A stretch of DNA of 64,000 nucleotides from positions 9,238,001 to 9,302,000 of the forward strand of contig OZ024763.1 in assembly GCA_964016885.1 (NCBI GenBank), written 5' to 3'. The notes beneath the pieces are model-generated. The model was not told the origin of the DNA, did not search any database, and saw nothing but the letters and a program-made list of their open reading frames with translations. The translations under genes and the position numbers were made by a program. The stretch comes from Eledone cirrhosa (taxonomy: Eukaryota). This document shows, piece after piece, positions 1 through 12,491 of this stretch (position 1 is its first letter; the number at the start of each line of letters is the position of its first letter).

Positions 1-110
1 TTGTACAGCAAGGTAGATAAACTTGTACTGGGCCTCTGTCTGGACAAGACCTGACCTCTGGGAACGTACCATTTGGATGGTCTTCTGGATATCAATCTCA
101 CAATCCAAAC
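1..110 (-). CDS. PTPN11: SHP2-like phosphatase exon (human exon 13 equivalent, Q-loop), runs off window start
   Basis: Reverse complement: aaaag|GT TTG GAT... = (G)[36 protein letters not shown]; AG acceptor at 111-112; phase 1 fits preceding exon. Confidence 0.96.
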
Positions 111-139
111 CTTTTGATGAAGAAATACAAAATGGATGT

Positions 140-174
<35 letters not shown>

Positions 175-254
175 TTACATACACACATGCAAGCATGGTA
201 AACTAGATGTTAAAAATGATGATGCTTATTTGTGTATATATATATATATATATA

Positions 255-2340
255 CCGTGATATAAAATAAATGGAAACTATATTTATAAAACCATATTTA
301 TTTTATTATATATATTTCAAGGGCAACCAAGGCAACCTTGGTGCGCTTTCATCAGATAAAATACAAAGTTTGTTTTATAAATAAAGACGTACCCATGAAA
401 ATCAAACCTTATCGGTCGGAAATTCACTGGATAGTGGAAACATATTAATGATTATTCAGAATTATGTGTGAATATCCAAATGAATGTGTAAATAATTGAA
501 AAAACAACCGTTTATTTAAATGACGCTGGAGAAAGATAGGGAAGAAAGAGAGAGAGAAAAAATATTATTATTTTGAGATAGATAGAGAGAAGAAATTTAC
601 AAGAGGATGAATAGAAGTCATATAACGTAAATAAGTTTATGTTTATATCTACTAATGATACGTATATTTACTATTATTTTGTTAGAATTCTTTTCTAATA
701 TAATATAATATTTACTATTATAAGTAGATAGAGAAAATAGATATATATAGAAAAATAAATATATATATAAAAATAAATATATATAAAAGATTAGATAGAA
801 AAATAACCCATTTTGTCAAAGATATAAATGTTGAAAGATCTATTTAGCCTGAATTAGTTATTGGTTATAAATCTAATAAACTATTTTAAAAAATATAAAA
901 AAATATTAAACATTCTGGAAAATTAAAAAGAAAACATTAAAAATTTTATAAGAGATAAGTAGATTTTAAAAAATAAGTAATTTCTAAAATATATGAAATA
1001 TTTTAGAAGTAAAAAATAAAAAAATATGAAAAATGCAAGATTCAAGAAGTAAAAGATAAAGAATTAAAAAACTTTAAAAAATATTAAAATTAAAGTTAAA
1101 ATTAAAATTTAAAAGTTTAGGATCATATATGTTTTAAGAAATTTTAATAAGTGAAATTATAGCAAACAATATATGGAAATAAGTAGAAATATTATAAGTG
1201 TAATTATAATTTATAAATGTTGAATTTAGGCGATCTTTTAAGATCTTACAAGAACTAAACAAATTCATACATATATTAATAGAGTTCTTACATTTAAGTA
1301 TGAAGAAAATTTCCTCAACACACAATTTGCAAAATCTAGATAAAGCTGTGTTCTAGTATGCAGGTGCTTCTGAAATTATTTCCCAAGTTAAAGAATAGTC
1401 CGTAATTTTGGATTTTAAGTTCCATATCAGGTTTGATAGAGAAGTTGAAGATTTTTTACCAATATTATTAAACGAGCATTTGTGAGTATTAAAACGAGTT
1501 TTAAAGTCTGTAGAAGTTGAACCTACATAGTTAAATATATTGTCACTGGTTTTGACTGTGCATTTATAGACCACATCTTTCTCTAAGCACTTATTTTTTA
1601 ACGGACAGTTTGATTTAATTCTACAATTACATTTAGCGGAGTTGAAGTTATTTGGAACAGTATTATTATGTTGGATATTGCTAGAGATATTACTGCTATT
1701 TTGGTTATGGTTTAAATTTCTATTATTGATTCTATTTATATTTTGTGCTAAGTTCATAGTAGTAGAGTAAGATAGTTTTATTGTATGTCTGTTAAAGATT
1801 GAGTGGTATCTATGGGTTTTAGGGAAACATTTATCTAGAGCTTTTAAAGAATAGCTTAGCTAAAGGTGTTTTAATGCTTAATGAGAAAGAAGGTGAATAC
1901 CAAATTATATTTCTGGTTCTATTCCTTCTGTTAGTTTTAGAGTTTAAGTTAGGTTTTCTATTGCAATTATAATTAATAGTAAGGTTATTTGCCTTATCAC
2001 TGTTGTTGATGTATTTAATCTTATTTATATAGCCTGCTCTATTTAAAGCTTCATTATAATATTCTGCCTTATCGTCAAAAATGTTTTTATTAGTGGAGAT
2101 TTGAGAAATACGTTGTTGTATAGAATTTACAATAGTGTTCTTAATAGATCTAGGATGATTGGAGTTGAAGCTTACATAGTTTAAATTCTCATTAATTTTA
2201 TGGAATGGATAGTAGAGCCCTGTGTTAAGGTTTAATGTTACGTCTAAAAAGTTAACAATTTTATAGTTATTCTCTATTTCTAACTTAAGATTGTAGCTAT
2301 TGAAAAATTGTATTATTGATTTTCTTTTTCTATTAATTTC
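255..2340 (-). mobile_element. Penelope-like retroelement, 5'-truncated (RT thumb + GIY-YIG endonuclease + 3' region)
   Basis: ORF pieces VNFLDVTLNL...SNHP, KCNCRIKSNCPL, VVYKCTV...NYVGSTSTDFKTRFNTH, C-terminal CxxC-EE; both ends abut (TA)n; homologous to 44050-46790. Confidence 0.9.
299..363 (-). ncRNA. type I hammerhead ribozyme motif (Penelope-associated)
   Basis: TATTTTAT-CTGATGA-stem II aagcgcaccaagg/ccttggttgccctt-GAAA-TATATA-TA-ATAAAATA; 8-bp stem I, palindromic loop III. Confidence 0.85.
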
Positions 2341-4999
2341 TATATATATATATGGAAAAAAATGAAACGAAATTTCATTTCTCACTCTTAGTACAGCTGT
2401 TACTTAAATATAAGTATGTATACGTACATACATATATGTATACAGATGTACAGTAGTATGTATATATATATACATACGCTGTTCCGAAGGAATGGCGTAG
2501 CAGCATCATCGTTAACTGTTATAAGGGTAAAGGAGATGCCCTAGATAGGAGTAACTATAGAGGCATTAAATTAATCGACCAGGTCATGAAGGTCACGGAA
2601 AAAGTAATAGTGCAACTAATCAGAGAGCGAATTGATCTAGATGAAATGCAGTTCGGGTTTGTGTCAGGAAAAAGTACCACAGACGCTCTTTTCATTGTAC
2701 GACAACTACAGGAGAAGTACCTAGCTAAAAGTAAACCCCTATACTTAGCTTTCGTCGACTTGGAGAAAGCCTTCGACAGAGTCCCCCGTTCCATTATCTG
2801 GTGGGCTCTTAGAAAACTAGGTGTTGATGAATGGTATGTGAGAGCTATACAAGCCATGTATAAAGAAACAGTCAGCAAGGTTAGAATTAACAACGAATAT
2901 AGTGAAGAGTTTAGTGTAAAAGTTGGTGTTCATCAGGGCTCTGTTCTTAGCCCCCTACTATTTATTATTGCCCTCCAGGCTATAACAGTGGAGTTCAAGA
3001 CCGGCTGCCCATGGGAACTCCTATACGCAGATGATCTAACGCTCATAGCTGAAACAATGGCCGAGCTAGAGAAGAAATTCCAAACATGGAAGCACGGCCT
3101 AGAATCAAAAGGCCTTAAAATTAACCTGGCTAAGACTAAAGTTCTAGTTTGTAAGAAAGAAAATAAGGCGGCGGTCCCCTCCAGGAAGTGGCCATGCTCA
3201 GAGTGTAGGAAAGGCGTAGGTAGAAACTCCATTTGTGTCCCAAATGCAAAGTTTGGGTGCATAAAAGATGTAGTGGGATCACAGGTAAGCTAACTAAGAA
3301 CATAGATTTTACATGTGGCCGGTGTTCTGGGGCAATAAGTAGCAGCAAGTGCCCATAAAAATACTAGCTCTTTCAACTGGGCAGAGGGTTCTATAGAAAT
3401 AGTGGACAGCTTCCGTTACCTGGGTGACAAAATCAGCAGTGGGGGAGGGTGCTCTGAAAGTACAGTAGCTAGAGTCAGAACTGGGTGGAAAAAGTTCAGA
3501 GAGCTCATACCACTATTAGCCGCTAAAGGGTTCTCCCTAAAAATGAAAGGCAAGTTGTACGATGCCTGCATACGAACAGCAATGTTGCATGGCAGTGAGA
3601 CCTGGGCATTGTGTGCAGAGGATATACGCAGACTAGAGAGAAACGAAGCTTGCATGCTCCGCTGGATGTGTAATAGTAATATACGTGAACGGCAAAGCAT
3701 AAACGAACTAAGGAAAAAATTAGAAATAAGAGGGATCAGATGTTGTTTACTCGAGAGAAGGCTACGTTGGTATGGTCACGTGATGCGCATGAAGGACGAT
3801 AGCTGTATAACAAAGTGCAGGGCAATAAAGATAGACGGTAGCCACGGAATAGGCAGACCAAGAAAAACCTGGGATGAGCTGATAAATTCCGACCTCACAC
3901 CTCACCAAGACAATGTCACTGGACCGAGACCTTTGGCGGTACTCAGTAATAGAGAAGACCCGCCTTACCTAAATACAAAGTAAAACCTACTAGTCAGTAG
4001 GCATCTCTAACAAAATACCCCCCCCGCCCCCCATCCACACCGCCCCTTTCAATGTAAAGTTATGTTGGTGCCACAACATCCAGGCCGAAACAAATGAGAT
4101 CGTGTAGGTGTCACGTCAAAAAAACACACAGTTCACGCTGTAATGTGGCCGTGTAGGCAACACGGTAAAAACCTCCCAGTCCCACACTGTAAATGTGGTT
4201 GGTGTTAGGAAGGGCATCCAGCTGTAGAAAACCCGCCAGATAGTCCTATGCGAGCAAGATAACCACTCTTGCCTCAAGTGGGAAAACCCTCCGTCCAAAC
4301 CCATGCAAGCATGGAACACGGACGTTAAACGATGATGATGATGATGATGATGATGCACACATATATATATGTACGTATGGATTTACTGAGCATTTATCAT
4401 AATACTTGGTTTGTTTGTAAACAAACATCCCGAATTAAGCCGTAGTGTTTAGCAACCATGGTTGCCCTTTTGTTCAACACTGACAAAGGGACGATGTACT
4501 AGTTTCAAGCTTATTAGCTATCGTTAGCACCGTATACCTTCCTGCCAGATGATTGAACGTCAAAGTATATACTTTCATATAAATGCTCGGTAAATCCATA
4601 TGTACATATATATATGTGTGCATGTATGTATATATATACATACTACTGTACGTCTGTATACATATATGTATGTACGTATACATACTTATATTTAAGTAAG
4701 GCCGTACTAAGAGTGAGAAATGAAATTTTGTTTCATTTTTTTCCATTTATCGTTTTCGGTGCGCCTGGCCGATTAACTCACTCGATATGCAAATTAGGCT
4801 GCTCAGCCGTTAATATGCATAAGGAAAGTATATACTTTCAGACGTTCAATCATCTGGCAGGAAGGTATACAGGAACCCCCTTTTGGAAAAAGCCGATGAT
4901 TTTGTAAAAGTATAGTTTCGAAGCAGCACTGAAGTATTGACATAAATGGTATATACAACTGCTATTTAATATCCGAGCAATGCCGGGTACCTCTGCTAG
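2341..4999 (+). mobile_element. non-autonomous Helitron-like element interrupted by an RTE LINE and internally rearranged
   Basis: 3' hairpin ccgagc-aat-gccgg followed by CTAG|T at 4996-5000; segments 2350-2478 and 4355-4485 are colinear with the copy at 13908-14182; inverted internal block 4531-4748. Confidence 0.6.
2479..4354 (+). mobile_element. RTE-clade LINE, 5'-truncated, frameshifted
   Basis: RT motifs QFGF, FVDLEKAFDRV, GVHQGSVLSPLLF, LLYADD; Cys-rich finger; RLRWYGHVMR; GRPRKTW; (GAT)n tail. Confidence 0.93.
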
Positions 5000-5399
5000 T
5001 TATATATAAACTGCATTAGGAGAAAATTAGTGACAGAAATATCGCTAACCGGAAGTGTTGACATTTGAAAATTTTAAAGAAGTGAATCTTTAAATAAGTA
5101 ATAAAATATATTTAATGAACATCCACGAAATTTAGTAGATAAATTATGTAATATTCATTCATTATTTATTCAAAGTAATCCAACTTATTTTACTAAGGGA
5201 ATAAAAAAAATTATAAACTGTATGCAGTCCCACTTTTCTTAGTTTATTATAGTTTAGATACATATATATATAAACATATAAACATACATATATATATATA
5301 TAACAAAGGAAATGTGGTAAGGAACCAGATGGACCATAACGCACCAAAGTACTCAATACTTAGGGTAGTAGAGTGGGTAATATATTTATATATATATAC

Positions 5400-5680
5400 A
5401 CATCATCATCATCATTGTTTAACGTCCATCTTCCACGCTAACATGGGTTAGACGTTTTTTTTCCATCTGATGCAGGAATGGTCGGGAGACCATGTCTCGC
5501 TCGCACAGAAGCGTCTCTGGCAGGTTTCTTTTTACAGCTGGATGCCCTTCCTAACACCAACCACATTTACAGTGTGGACTGGGAGCCTTTTCACCGTGTC
5601 TCCTACACAGCCACCTTACAGTGTGGACTGTTGTGTCATCGACACAGTGGACAGTACGGGAGAGGGAGTGTGGGGTAGGG
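5400..5680 (-). mobile_element. RTE LINE/SINE 3' end fragment
   Basis: (CAT)n followed by the reverse complement of the shared tail (ggtgttaggaagggcatccagctgta...aacccatg...ggacgttaaac). Confidence 0.7.
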
Positions 5681-6074
5681 TGTAGCAGATGGGTTAGATA
5701 GGATATATATATATATATATAAAATACAAGCAACCATTGACGAAATCCAGAGAACAGGAGTCGGGGTGGGGTATGTATGTGAGTGTAGTGGTTGTATGTA
5801 TGTGTTGGCATATGGATGTATATGAGTGCATGTATGTGAGTGAAAGTAAGGGTGTTAGAGTATGAGTGTATGTATGTCATTGTGCGTATGTGCCCATACA
5901 AACATACATAAAATGGTGTAGTATAACAAAATATTACAATTTCTTGGCAATTCAGTGTCGTTGGTTAGGATGAGGAGGCATTAATGCCAGATTGGGTTGA
6001 ATGTTATGTATGGTACTTTCTGGAGAGGTGGAGGGAGCATAGACAAAAAGAAAGTTAAAAATGTTGAATACTAC

Positions 6075-6142
6075 CATGTCGTTTTATTTTATCGATGATC
6101 ATGTCAATGACGATGAAGGTTCCAGTCCGACCGATTCCAGCA
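6075..6142 (-). CDS. PTPN11: SHP2-like exon (exon 12 equivalent, P-loop second half)
   Basis: tttctcag|T GCT GGA ATC GGT CGG... = (S)AGIGRTGTFIVIDMIIDKIKRH(G)|gtagta; 68 bp, same size as recalled human exon 12; not in the ORF track. Confidence 0.96.
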
Positions 6143-6465
6143 CTGAGAAAGAGAGTGAGAGGCTACAGTTAGTACATCTAGTGTTTGGTGGAGTGAAATG
6201 TGTAGTGTAGTGTACAGTTAATGACATTTAGTGTAGTGTAAGGTACAGTAATAACATGTAATGTAGTATAACATGTAGTGTATAGAATATATATTTCAAT
6301 TCAACTGAATTTAAGCCAATAACATATTAATGGGTAAATCTTCTCCCCTTCCGCCACTCTAGACTGCACCCCTCCCTCCACCACCTTCAACAGATTCTAA
6401 AATGACAATTTAACACCCAACTGAATCTCATATAGACTGAATTAGAGCTCCCCCCCCCTACATAC

Positions 6466-6620
6466 CTGCAGTGTACAATGAACGGTCCAGCATCAGGGAT
6501 TGATTCCTGTTGTTCGTTGACCATCTGGAGGAAATTCAAGACCGTCCCTGGATCAGAGGGAACGCCGTAGTCAGGCCAAATCATGAAATGGTAATGGTAG
6601 ATCCTTCTTGGACCCTCTGT
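6466..6620 (-). CDS. PTPN11: SHP2-like exon (exon 11 equivalent, WPD loop and catalytic Cys)
   Basis: ccag|TEGPRRIYHYHFMIWPDYGVPSDPGTVLNFLQMVNEQQESIPDAGPFIVHC(S)|gtatgt; 155 bp. Confidence 0.96.
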
Positions 6621-6679
6621 CTGGTAACAAGAAAGATGTAATCATTAATGTTGAGGGGGATAGAGGATTTATAGGGTGG

Positions 6680-6830
6680 TGGTAACAAGAAACAGATGGA
6701 ATGATCTGTTAAAGGTAGGGAGGAAAAAAATTACCATGGTAACAAAAAACAGATGGAATGATCAGTTAACGGGGGGGGGGGGTATTACCATGGTAACAAG
6801 AAACACACGGAATGATCAGTTAAAGGGGGC
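6680..6830. repeat. three degenerate ~55-bp tandem units
   Basis: ggtaacaagaaacagatggaatgatc(t/a)gttaa recurs 3 times. Confidence 0.7.
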
Positions 6831-6879
6831 TGTCACTACCAAATTTAATAAAAGGATGAGACAAAGAAACATTTATTTT

Positions 6880-7228
6880 AGGGGAGCATATGTTGTTATC
6901 CACAGAATATTCAAAATATCTTGGATAGAAAAGAAAACCAACAATAAAGTCCTAAGGCTGGCAGGAATGGAAAGATCTCTTGTCTGTACTATAAGAAAGA
7001 AGCATTTAGAATTCTTTGGCCACATAAACAGAAGAGTTTGGAGAAACTAATTGTTTGTGGCAAGATTGTCTTGTCTCCTCTTTTCAGCAAAAAACATTTA
7101 CAGAGCCTGAATAAATATGTCAATGGAAATAGAATAGCAATCTCATCCACAACACTGTCAGCAGAAAGGACTGGAGAGACATGACCTCCGATGTCTGGAA
7201 CAAACCTGACACCTGATAATAATGATGA
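6880..7228 (+). mobile_element. RTE (BovB-type) LINE 3' fragment
   Basis: RIFKISWIEKKTNNKVLR...IRKKHLEFFGHINR; (TAA/TGA)n tail. Confidence 0.75.
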
Positions 7229-7334
7229 TGGCATATTGCAGGAGGAGAGGGTGGAGGAAGGGAACGAAGAGGCGAATGAGTAGTAGGGGATGAAGAGGTG
7301 GTGGAGGAACCAGTGAAATATTCAATATACAAAC

Positions 7335-7484
7335 CTTTGTGCTATACTTCCGTGATACCTCAAACTCCCTCACTTCAAATTCAGCATGGGATGTCTCACG
7401 CACCCCTTTTATTATCATCTTACCACCTGGCACAACTAATTCTTTTGTCTCATGTTCCTTGGGCCAGTAACGCATCGATTTTTG
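7335..7484 (-). CDS. PTPN11: SHP2-like exon (exon 10 equivalent)
   Basis: ctacag|QKSMRYWPKEHETKELVVPGGKMIIKGVRETSHAEFEVREFEVSRKYSTK|gtttgt; phase 0/0. The donor is the best phase-0 candidate; an alternative GAG|gtatca lies 21 nt earlier in the exon. Confidence 0.88.
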
Positions 7485-8216
7485 CTGTAGGATAAAATAA
7501 ATAGAAATAATGTACTAAGGATATATCTAGTATGTACTGCCTTCCTCTCCCCCTTCCGTATACCTCCCACCTCATAACACCCCAACCTTCATCCACGTCC
7601 CTATACTCCCACCTTTCACCAGTTAAGTGAACCACTCTAAATCTATCTCTCTAATCCCCACATACCTACACAAATCCAGCCCCCAGTCCACACTACAAAG
7701 TGGTTGGTGTTAGAAATGGCATCCAGCTGTAGAAACCAAGCCAGAAACAATTCTGTATGAACAGTCACCTGATCTGGCTTGTCTCACAACAGGACAACTC
7801 GTCTAACCCATGCTAGCGTGGGAAAACAGATGTTAAACAGTGAGGATGATGAATAAGATTTAAAAAAAACAAAAAAAAACATTAGATTAACCATTTCATT
7901 AGCATATTTCGGATAATCAAGAATTTGGAGTTATTTAGTAATATAACTAGCTATCACGTTATTGAGTTGCTGTTTGGAGTAGAACTATTATGATGGTTTT
8001 TAGATAAATAGGATTTTCAAATAATCAAGAATTCCAAAGGATATATATAACATAAAACATGTTGGAAGGTTTCTAGATAAATATAAATAGTTAAACATTT
8101 TATGAAAGATATGCCAACACAGACACCAACACCACAACACATGCATGCCAACACACTCACATGCCAACACCCTCCAAAATATCCCACCCCTCCCCACAAT
8201 CAATATTTCCACTGAC

Positions 8217-8366
8217 CTTTCCTCGTTCCACCTCCTTTGTTGTCATGACAATGACCCTAGAGTTATCCTGCCAAATCATGCGCCACAGATCTGCCACAGT
8301 TGTCTGTAGTGGACCCTGTGTTGCCATGTACTTCTTCTTTGGCTCTACACTATCTTCATCTGTCAT
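8217..8366 (-). CDS. PTPN11: SHP2-like exon (exon 9 equivalent)
   Basis: tttccag|[50 protein letters not shown]|gtcagt; 150 bp. Confidence 0.95.
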
Positions 8367-8549
8367 CTGGAAATAGGCAGAAGGAGAGGGTGGGACTGTG
8401 TTACTCTTTGCTAAGAGAATGAAAGGAGGAGGGGAGAGGAAGATGACAGAAACAGCAGAGAAAGAAGAGAGATGGGAAAAGTAAGTATGTGTGTGTGTGT
8501 GTTCTATGAATGTGTGTGTGTGGATGTGTATGTGTATGTGTGTATTTCA

Positions 8550-9590
8550 CTGCTACTTTATTTTATTGATCCTGGAAGGATGAAAGGCAAAATTGACCTC
8601 GGTGGGATTTGAACTCAGAACTTAAAGTACCATAACTAAATGCAACAATGCATTTTAGCCAAGACTAATGATTTTGCTAATCCATCACCTTTCTATAATA
8701 ATTGTTTCTACTGTTGGCACAAGGCCAGCAATTATCCTAGTGTATTACTGGTACTTTATTTTATCGACCCCGTAAGGATGAAAGGCAAAGTTAACCTTGG
8801 CGGGATTTGAACTCATAATGGCAAGGGCCGTAACTCTATACGTCAAAGCATGGCATCCGACCCGCTACCGATACTGCCAATCCACCACCGTATTTCTATA
8901 ATAATAATAATGGTTTCTTATATAGGCACAAGGCCAGCAATTTGGGGGGGAGGGGAAGTCGATAAAATCGACCCCAGTGCGTGACTGGGACTTTATTTTA
9001 TCGACCCCGTAAGGATGAAAGGCAAAGTTAACCTCGGCGGGATTTGAACTCAGATCACAAAGGACCGTAACTCTATGCTGCAAAGCATGGTGTCCGACCC
9101 TCTCCCGATACTGCCAATCCACCGCCGTATTTCTATAATAATAATAATAATAATAATAATGGTTTCTGATTTAGGCACAAAGCCAACAATTTTGGGGGAG
9201 GGGAAAGTTGATTAAATCAACCCCAGTGCATTACTGGTGCTTTATTTTATCAAACCCCGTAAGGATGAAAGGCAAAGCTGAACTTGGTGGGATTTGAACT
9301 CAGAATGTAAAAAGCTATAACTATATGCCACAAAGCATGTCCAATGCTCTACTACCCTTATAATAATAATAATAATGGATTCTGATTTAGGCACAAGGCC
9401 AACAATTTTTGGGGTGGAGGGGAGAGTTGATTAAATTTACCCCAGTGTATCATTGGTACCTTATTTAATCAACTCCAGAAGTAAAGTTGACCTCAGCAGG
9501 GTTTGGACTATAAAAAGCAGGAAGAAATGCTACAAAACATTTTATCTGATTTTCTAACAATACTGTCAATCTACACACCACCCTTCTGAA
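8550..9590 (-). mobile_element. head-to-tail array of ~5 tRNA-derived SINEs
   Basis: Each unit has an A-box-like TGGCAGTATCGG, B-box GAGTTCAAATCC, core gcctttcatccttacggggtcgataaaataaagtaccag and a (TAT)n tail. Confidence 0.85.
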
Positions 9591-9620
9591 AGCAGTAAAA
9601 GAATAAAGGGAGTGTCTTAC

Positions 9621-9700
9621 AGTGATTATATTAGCATTGATATAGTCAGATCCTGGCTCATTAAGGTCACCATCCCTAAGAATGAAGCGAGTCTCGTCAA
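9621..9700 (-). CDS. PTPN11: SHP2-like exon (exon 8 equivalent)
   Basis: ttcatag|(F)DETRFILRDGDLNEPGSDYINANIIT|gtaaga; 80 bp. Confidence 0.96.
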
Positions 9701-9959
9701 CTATGAAGGAAGAAGACAAAATGAGAACAACACATTACATTAATGATTGAAAAAAAAAATACATCATCATAATCATTATTACCAGCACTATCATCCTCAT
9801 CATAACCAACACCATCATCATCATTATCACCATCACCACCAACACCACAACAACTGTTATCAGTACCATGATCTTGGGTTTGTCACCCTAATCACTAGGC
9901 CACACACCTTCACTGGCCATTAAACTGCTCAACATAAAGGCCAACATCAATAAATGTGT

Positions 9960-10250
9960 TCAGGCCATATTCCTTGCTAAAAAGCAAAGGTTAGCTTTGT
10001 GGGTCCTATGAAAAGCTTCGCTACTTTGCTCTATCATCTGCATATACCTCCCCGACCTTCTGGCTTTCATTCCCTCCCCCATCCTATTTAGCCATACCTT
10101 TCTTGGTTTTCCCTTTCCTTTACTTCTTCCACATTCATTCCCACCATTCCTCTCATCCTTCCTCAACACATGACCCAGCCATCTCATTCCATTTCTATTC
10201 ACAACATTCATTACTGGCTCTATTCTCACCATCCTCTGCAATTCCTTGTC
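9960..10250 (-). mobile_element. LINE 3' fragment
   Basis: MRWLGHVLRKDE...GKPRKVW. Confidence 0.65.
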
Positions 10251-10264
10251 TTCCTCTTTCTCAA

Positions 10265-11560
10265 AAATAGTAATAATAATAATAATAATAGTTTCTGGTT
10301 TAGGCACAAGAACAACAATTTGGGAAAGAGAAAGTTGATTTTACAACCCCAGTACCTTACTGCTACTTTATTTTATCAACCCCGTAAAGATGTGAAGCAA
10401 AGCTAACTTCAGTGAGATTTCAACTATGTTGTCCAACACCAATACTATTAATCTACACTCCTTGAACAATTGTTTCTACTTTTTGGCACAAAGCCAGCAA
10501 CTGAATGGGAAGGGGAAAGTCGATTAAATCAACCCCAGTGTGTTACAGGTACTTCATTTTATTGACTCCATAAAGATGAAAGGCAAAGGTAACCTTAGCA
10601 GGATTTGAACCCAGAACACAGAGAACTGAAATAAATGCAGTGAGACATTTTAAACCCACCCCAACCCAATGCTCAAAATAAAATTAAAGCAAATTACTTA
10701 CATGGTAATATGTTCTTATATCTGTTCTTTGGTTTATTCTCTGGTAGGGCACCAATATCACGGCTGTATAAGTGCCGACACTCTTGCTGCTGTAGTTGCT
10801 ATATATACATATAAAAAAAATGGAAACAGAAGGCTTCATCAAAAATGTGTTATTCCATGGGTTAGGAAGGTTTGTCAATACATAGAAACTAGGGGGAAAA
10901 AAAAAAAAGGTTCAATCACAGTACTTATTTGTTTTCAAGCCCGGTACTTATTTTTTCAATCTTCTTTAGTCAGATAAACACTTGATGGATTCAAAGTGAT
11001 GCTGTCCTGACACAGTGTTGTCATAGGGTATTTTAAACCTGGCAGAGCTAGATCTAAACATAGCCAACTTCTTCTAGAGAAGAATCAACCCCAGTACTGG
11101 ACTGGTGCATCATTTGTATATATGAACCCATAACTCCTGATCGAGTCGTAGGGGCGCCATTGTGACATACAGCATGTCTTGGGCATTTAAACCTGGTAGA
11201 GCCCATCCTGTCTCCAGGTTGGAACACAGTCAAATTCTTCCAGAGAAGGAAAAAGAGTGAATTAGAAGGAGGAAGTGAGGAAAAATCGACCCAAGTACTG
11301 AACTGGTATTTTTTTTTTATCAACTATGCAAAGATGAAAGGCAAAGTTGATTGCAGCAGGGTTTGAACCAGTATAAATACTGAAAAGTATTCTATCCAAC
11401 GTTTTAAGAACTCTGCCAATTCGCTACACAGTATTTTATTTATCAATTATGAAAAGATGAACAGCAAAGTTGGCCTCAGCAGGATTTGAACTCAGTGATA
11501 CAGAACAACTGCCACAGCATTTAATCTGATGCTGTAATGACTCTGCCAATACAATACCTT
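10265..11560 (-). mobile_element. further degraded copies of the same SINE family on both sides of exon 10702-10798
   Basis: aagatgaaaggcaaag...ggatttgaac core near 10390, 10575, 11330 and 11455. Confidence 0.7.
10702..10798 (-). CDS. PTPN11: SHP2-like exon (exon 7 equivalent, pTyr-recognition loop)
   Basis: tatag|[32 protein letters not shown](F)|gtaagt; 97 bp; this frame is absent from the ORF track. Confidence 0.96.
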
Positions 11561-12315
11561 AAATGCTTAAAATTACACATATTTGTTGGGCCGTTTGAAA
11601 AACAGTCTGCTCAAACCAAAATCATAGCTATCATATATGTCAAATACTAGAGTTATCTCTCTTTACAATATTGCAATGTGACAACATTTCAAATAAATAC
11701 AATGACGCAAACAGACACTGAATAACGATTATTCTGCTTGACAAAATATACGTCTAGCTAAGGCACTACAGGGACATACTTATATTAGTGGGCAAATGGT
11801 TGAACATTCCAAACATCAATTCTCAGGGAGATTAAGTTTAACAAGGATGATCCTTTGAATTATAGGTACAGTCTATCTTGTATTAAGATACAAGTGGCTG
11901 AGTATTCCACAGGCAAATGTACCTTTAATGTAATTCTAAAGGATATTCAGCATGACATAGTGTATGACAAGAGTAAGAATTTGAATTATAGATATAAGAT
12001 ACAGTCTATTTTGTATTAGTGTGCAAGTGACTGAGCATTCCACAGACACAAGCACTCTTAATGTAATCCTTGAATAGATTCAACAAGACATTGAGACAAG
12101 GTTGGTCTTTTGAATTACAGGTACAGTCAATCTTGTATTAATGTACACTTAACACATTTCACATTTTATGTAAAAACATTTGTTAAGCTAAGCTTCAAAC
12201 ACTAGCTTCATAAATTAGCAAGTTAATTATATTACTAAATCTCTGGAAATTCTGGATTATTTTCAAAATTATCCATATGTCAATAAAAAGGTTAATATAC
12301 TTAAAAGACACAAAC

Positions 12316-12426
12316 CTCAAATTCTTCCCAGAATCCACATTTGCCAGTGTTTGTGTTGTTATCCTTTTGTAACTGTTTCACTCGACTCTCAATGGCTGAA
12401 GCAGTGGTCCTTGTAGCATTAAATGG
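12316..12426 (-). CDS. PTPN11: SHP2-like exon (exon 6 equivalent, C-SH2/PTP linker)
   Basis: ttttcctgcag|PFNATRTTASAIESRVKQLQKDNNTNTGKCGFWEEFE|gtttgt; 111 bp. Confidence 0.95.
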
Positions 12427-12491
12427 CTGCAGGAAAATAAACAGCGACACAGAAAACAATTTTATTAGTATATATATATATATATATATAT

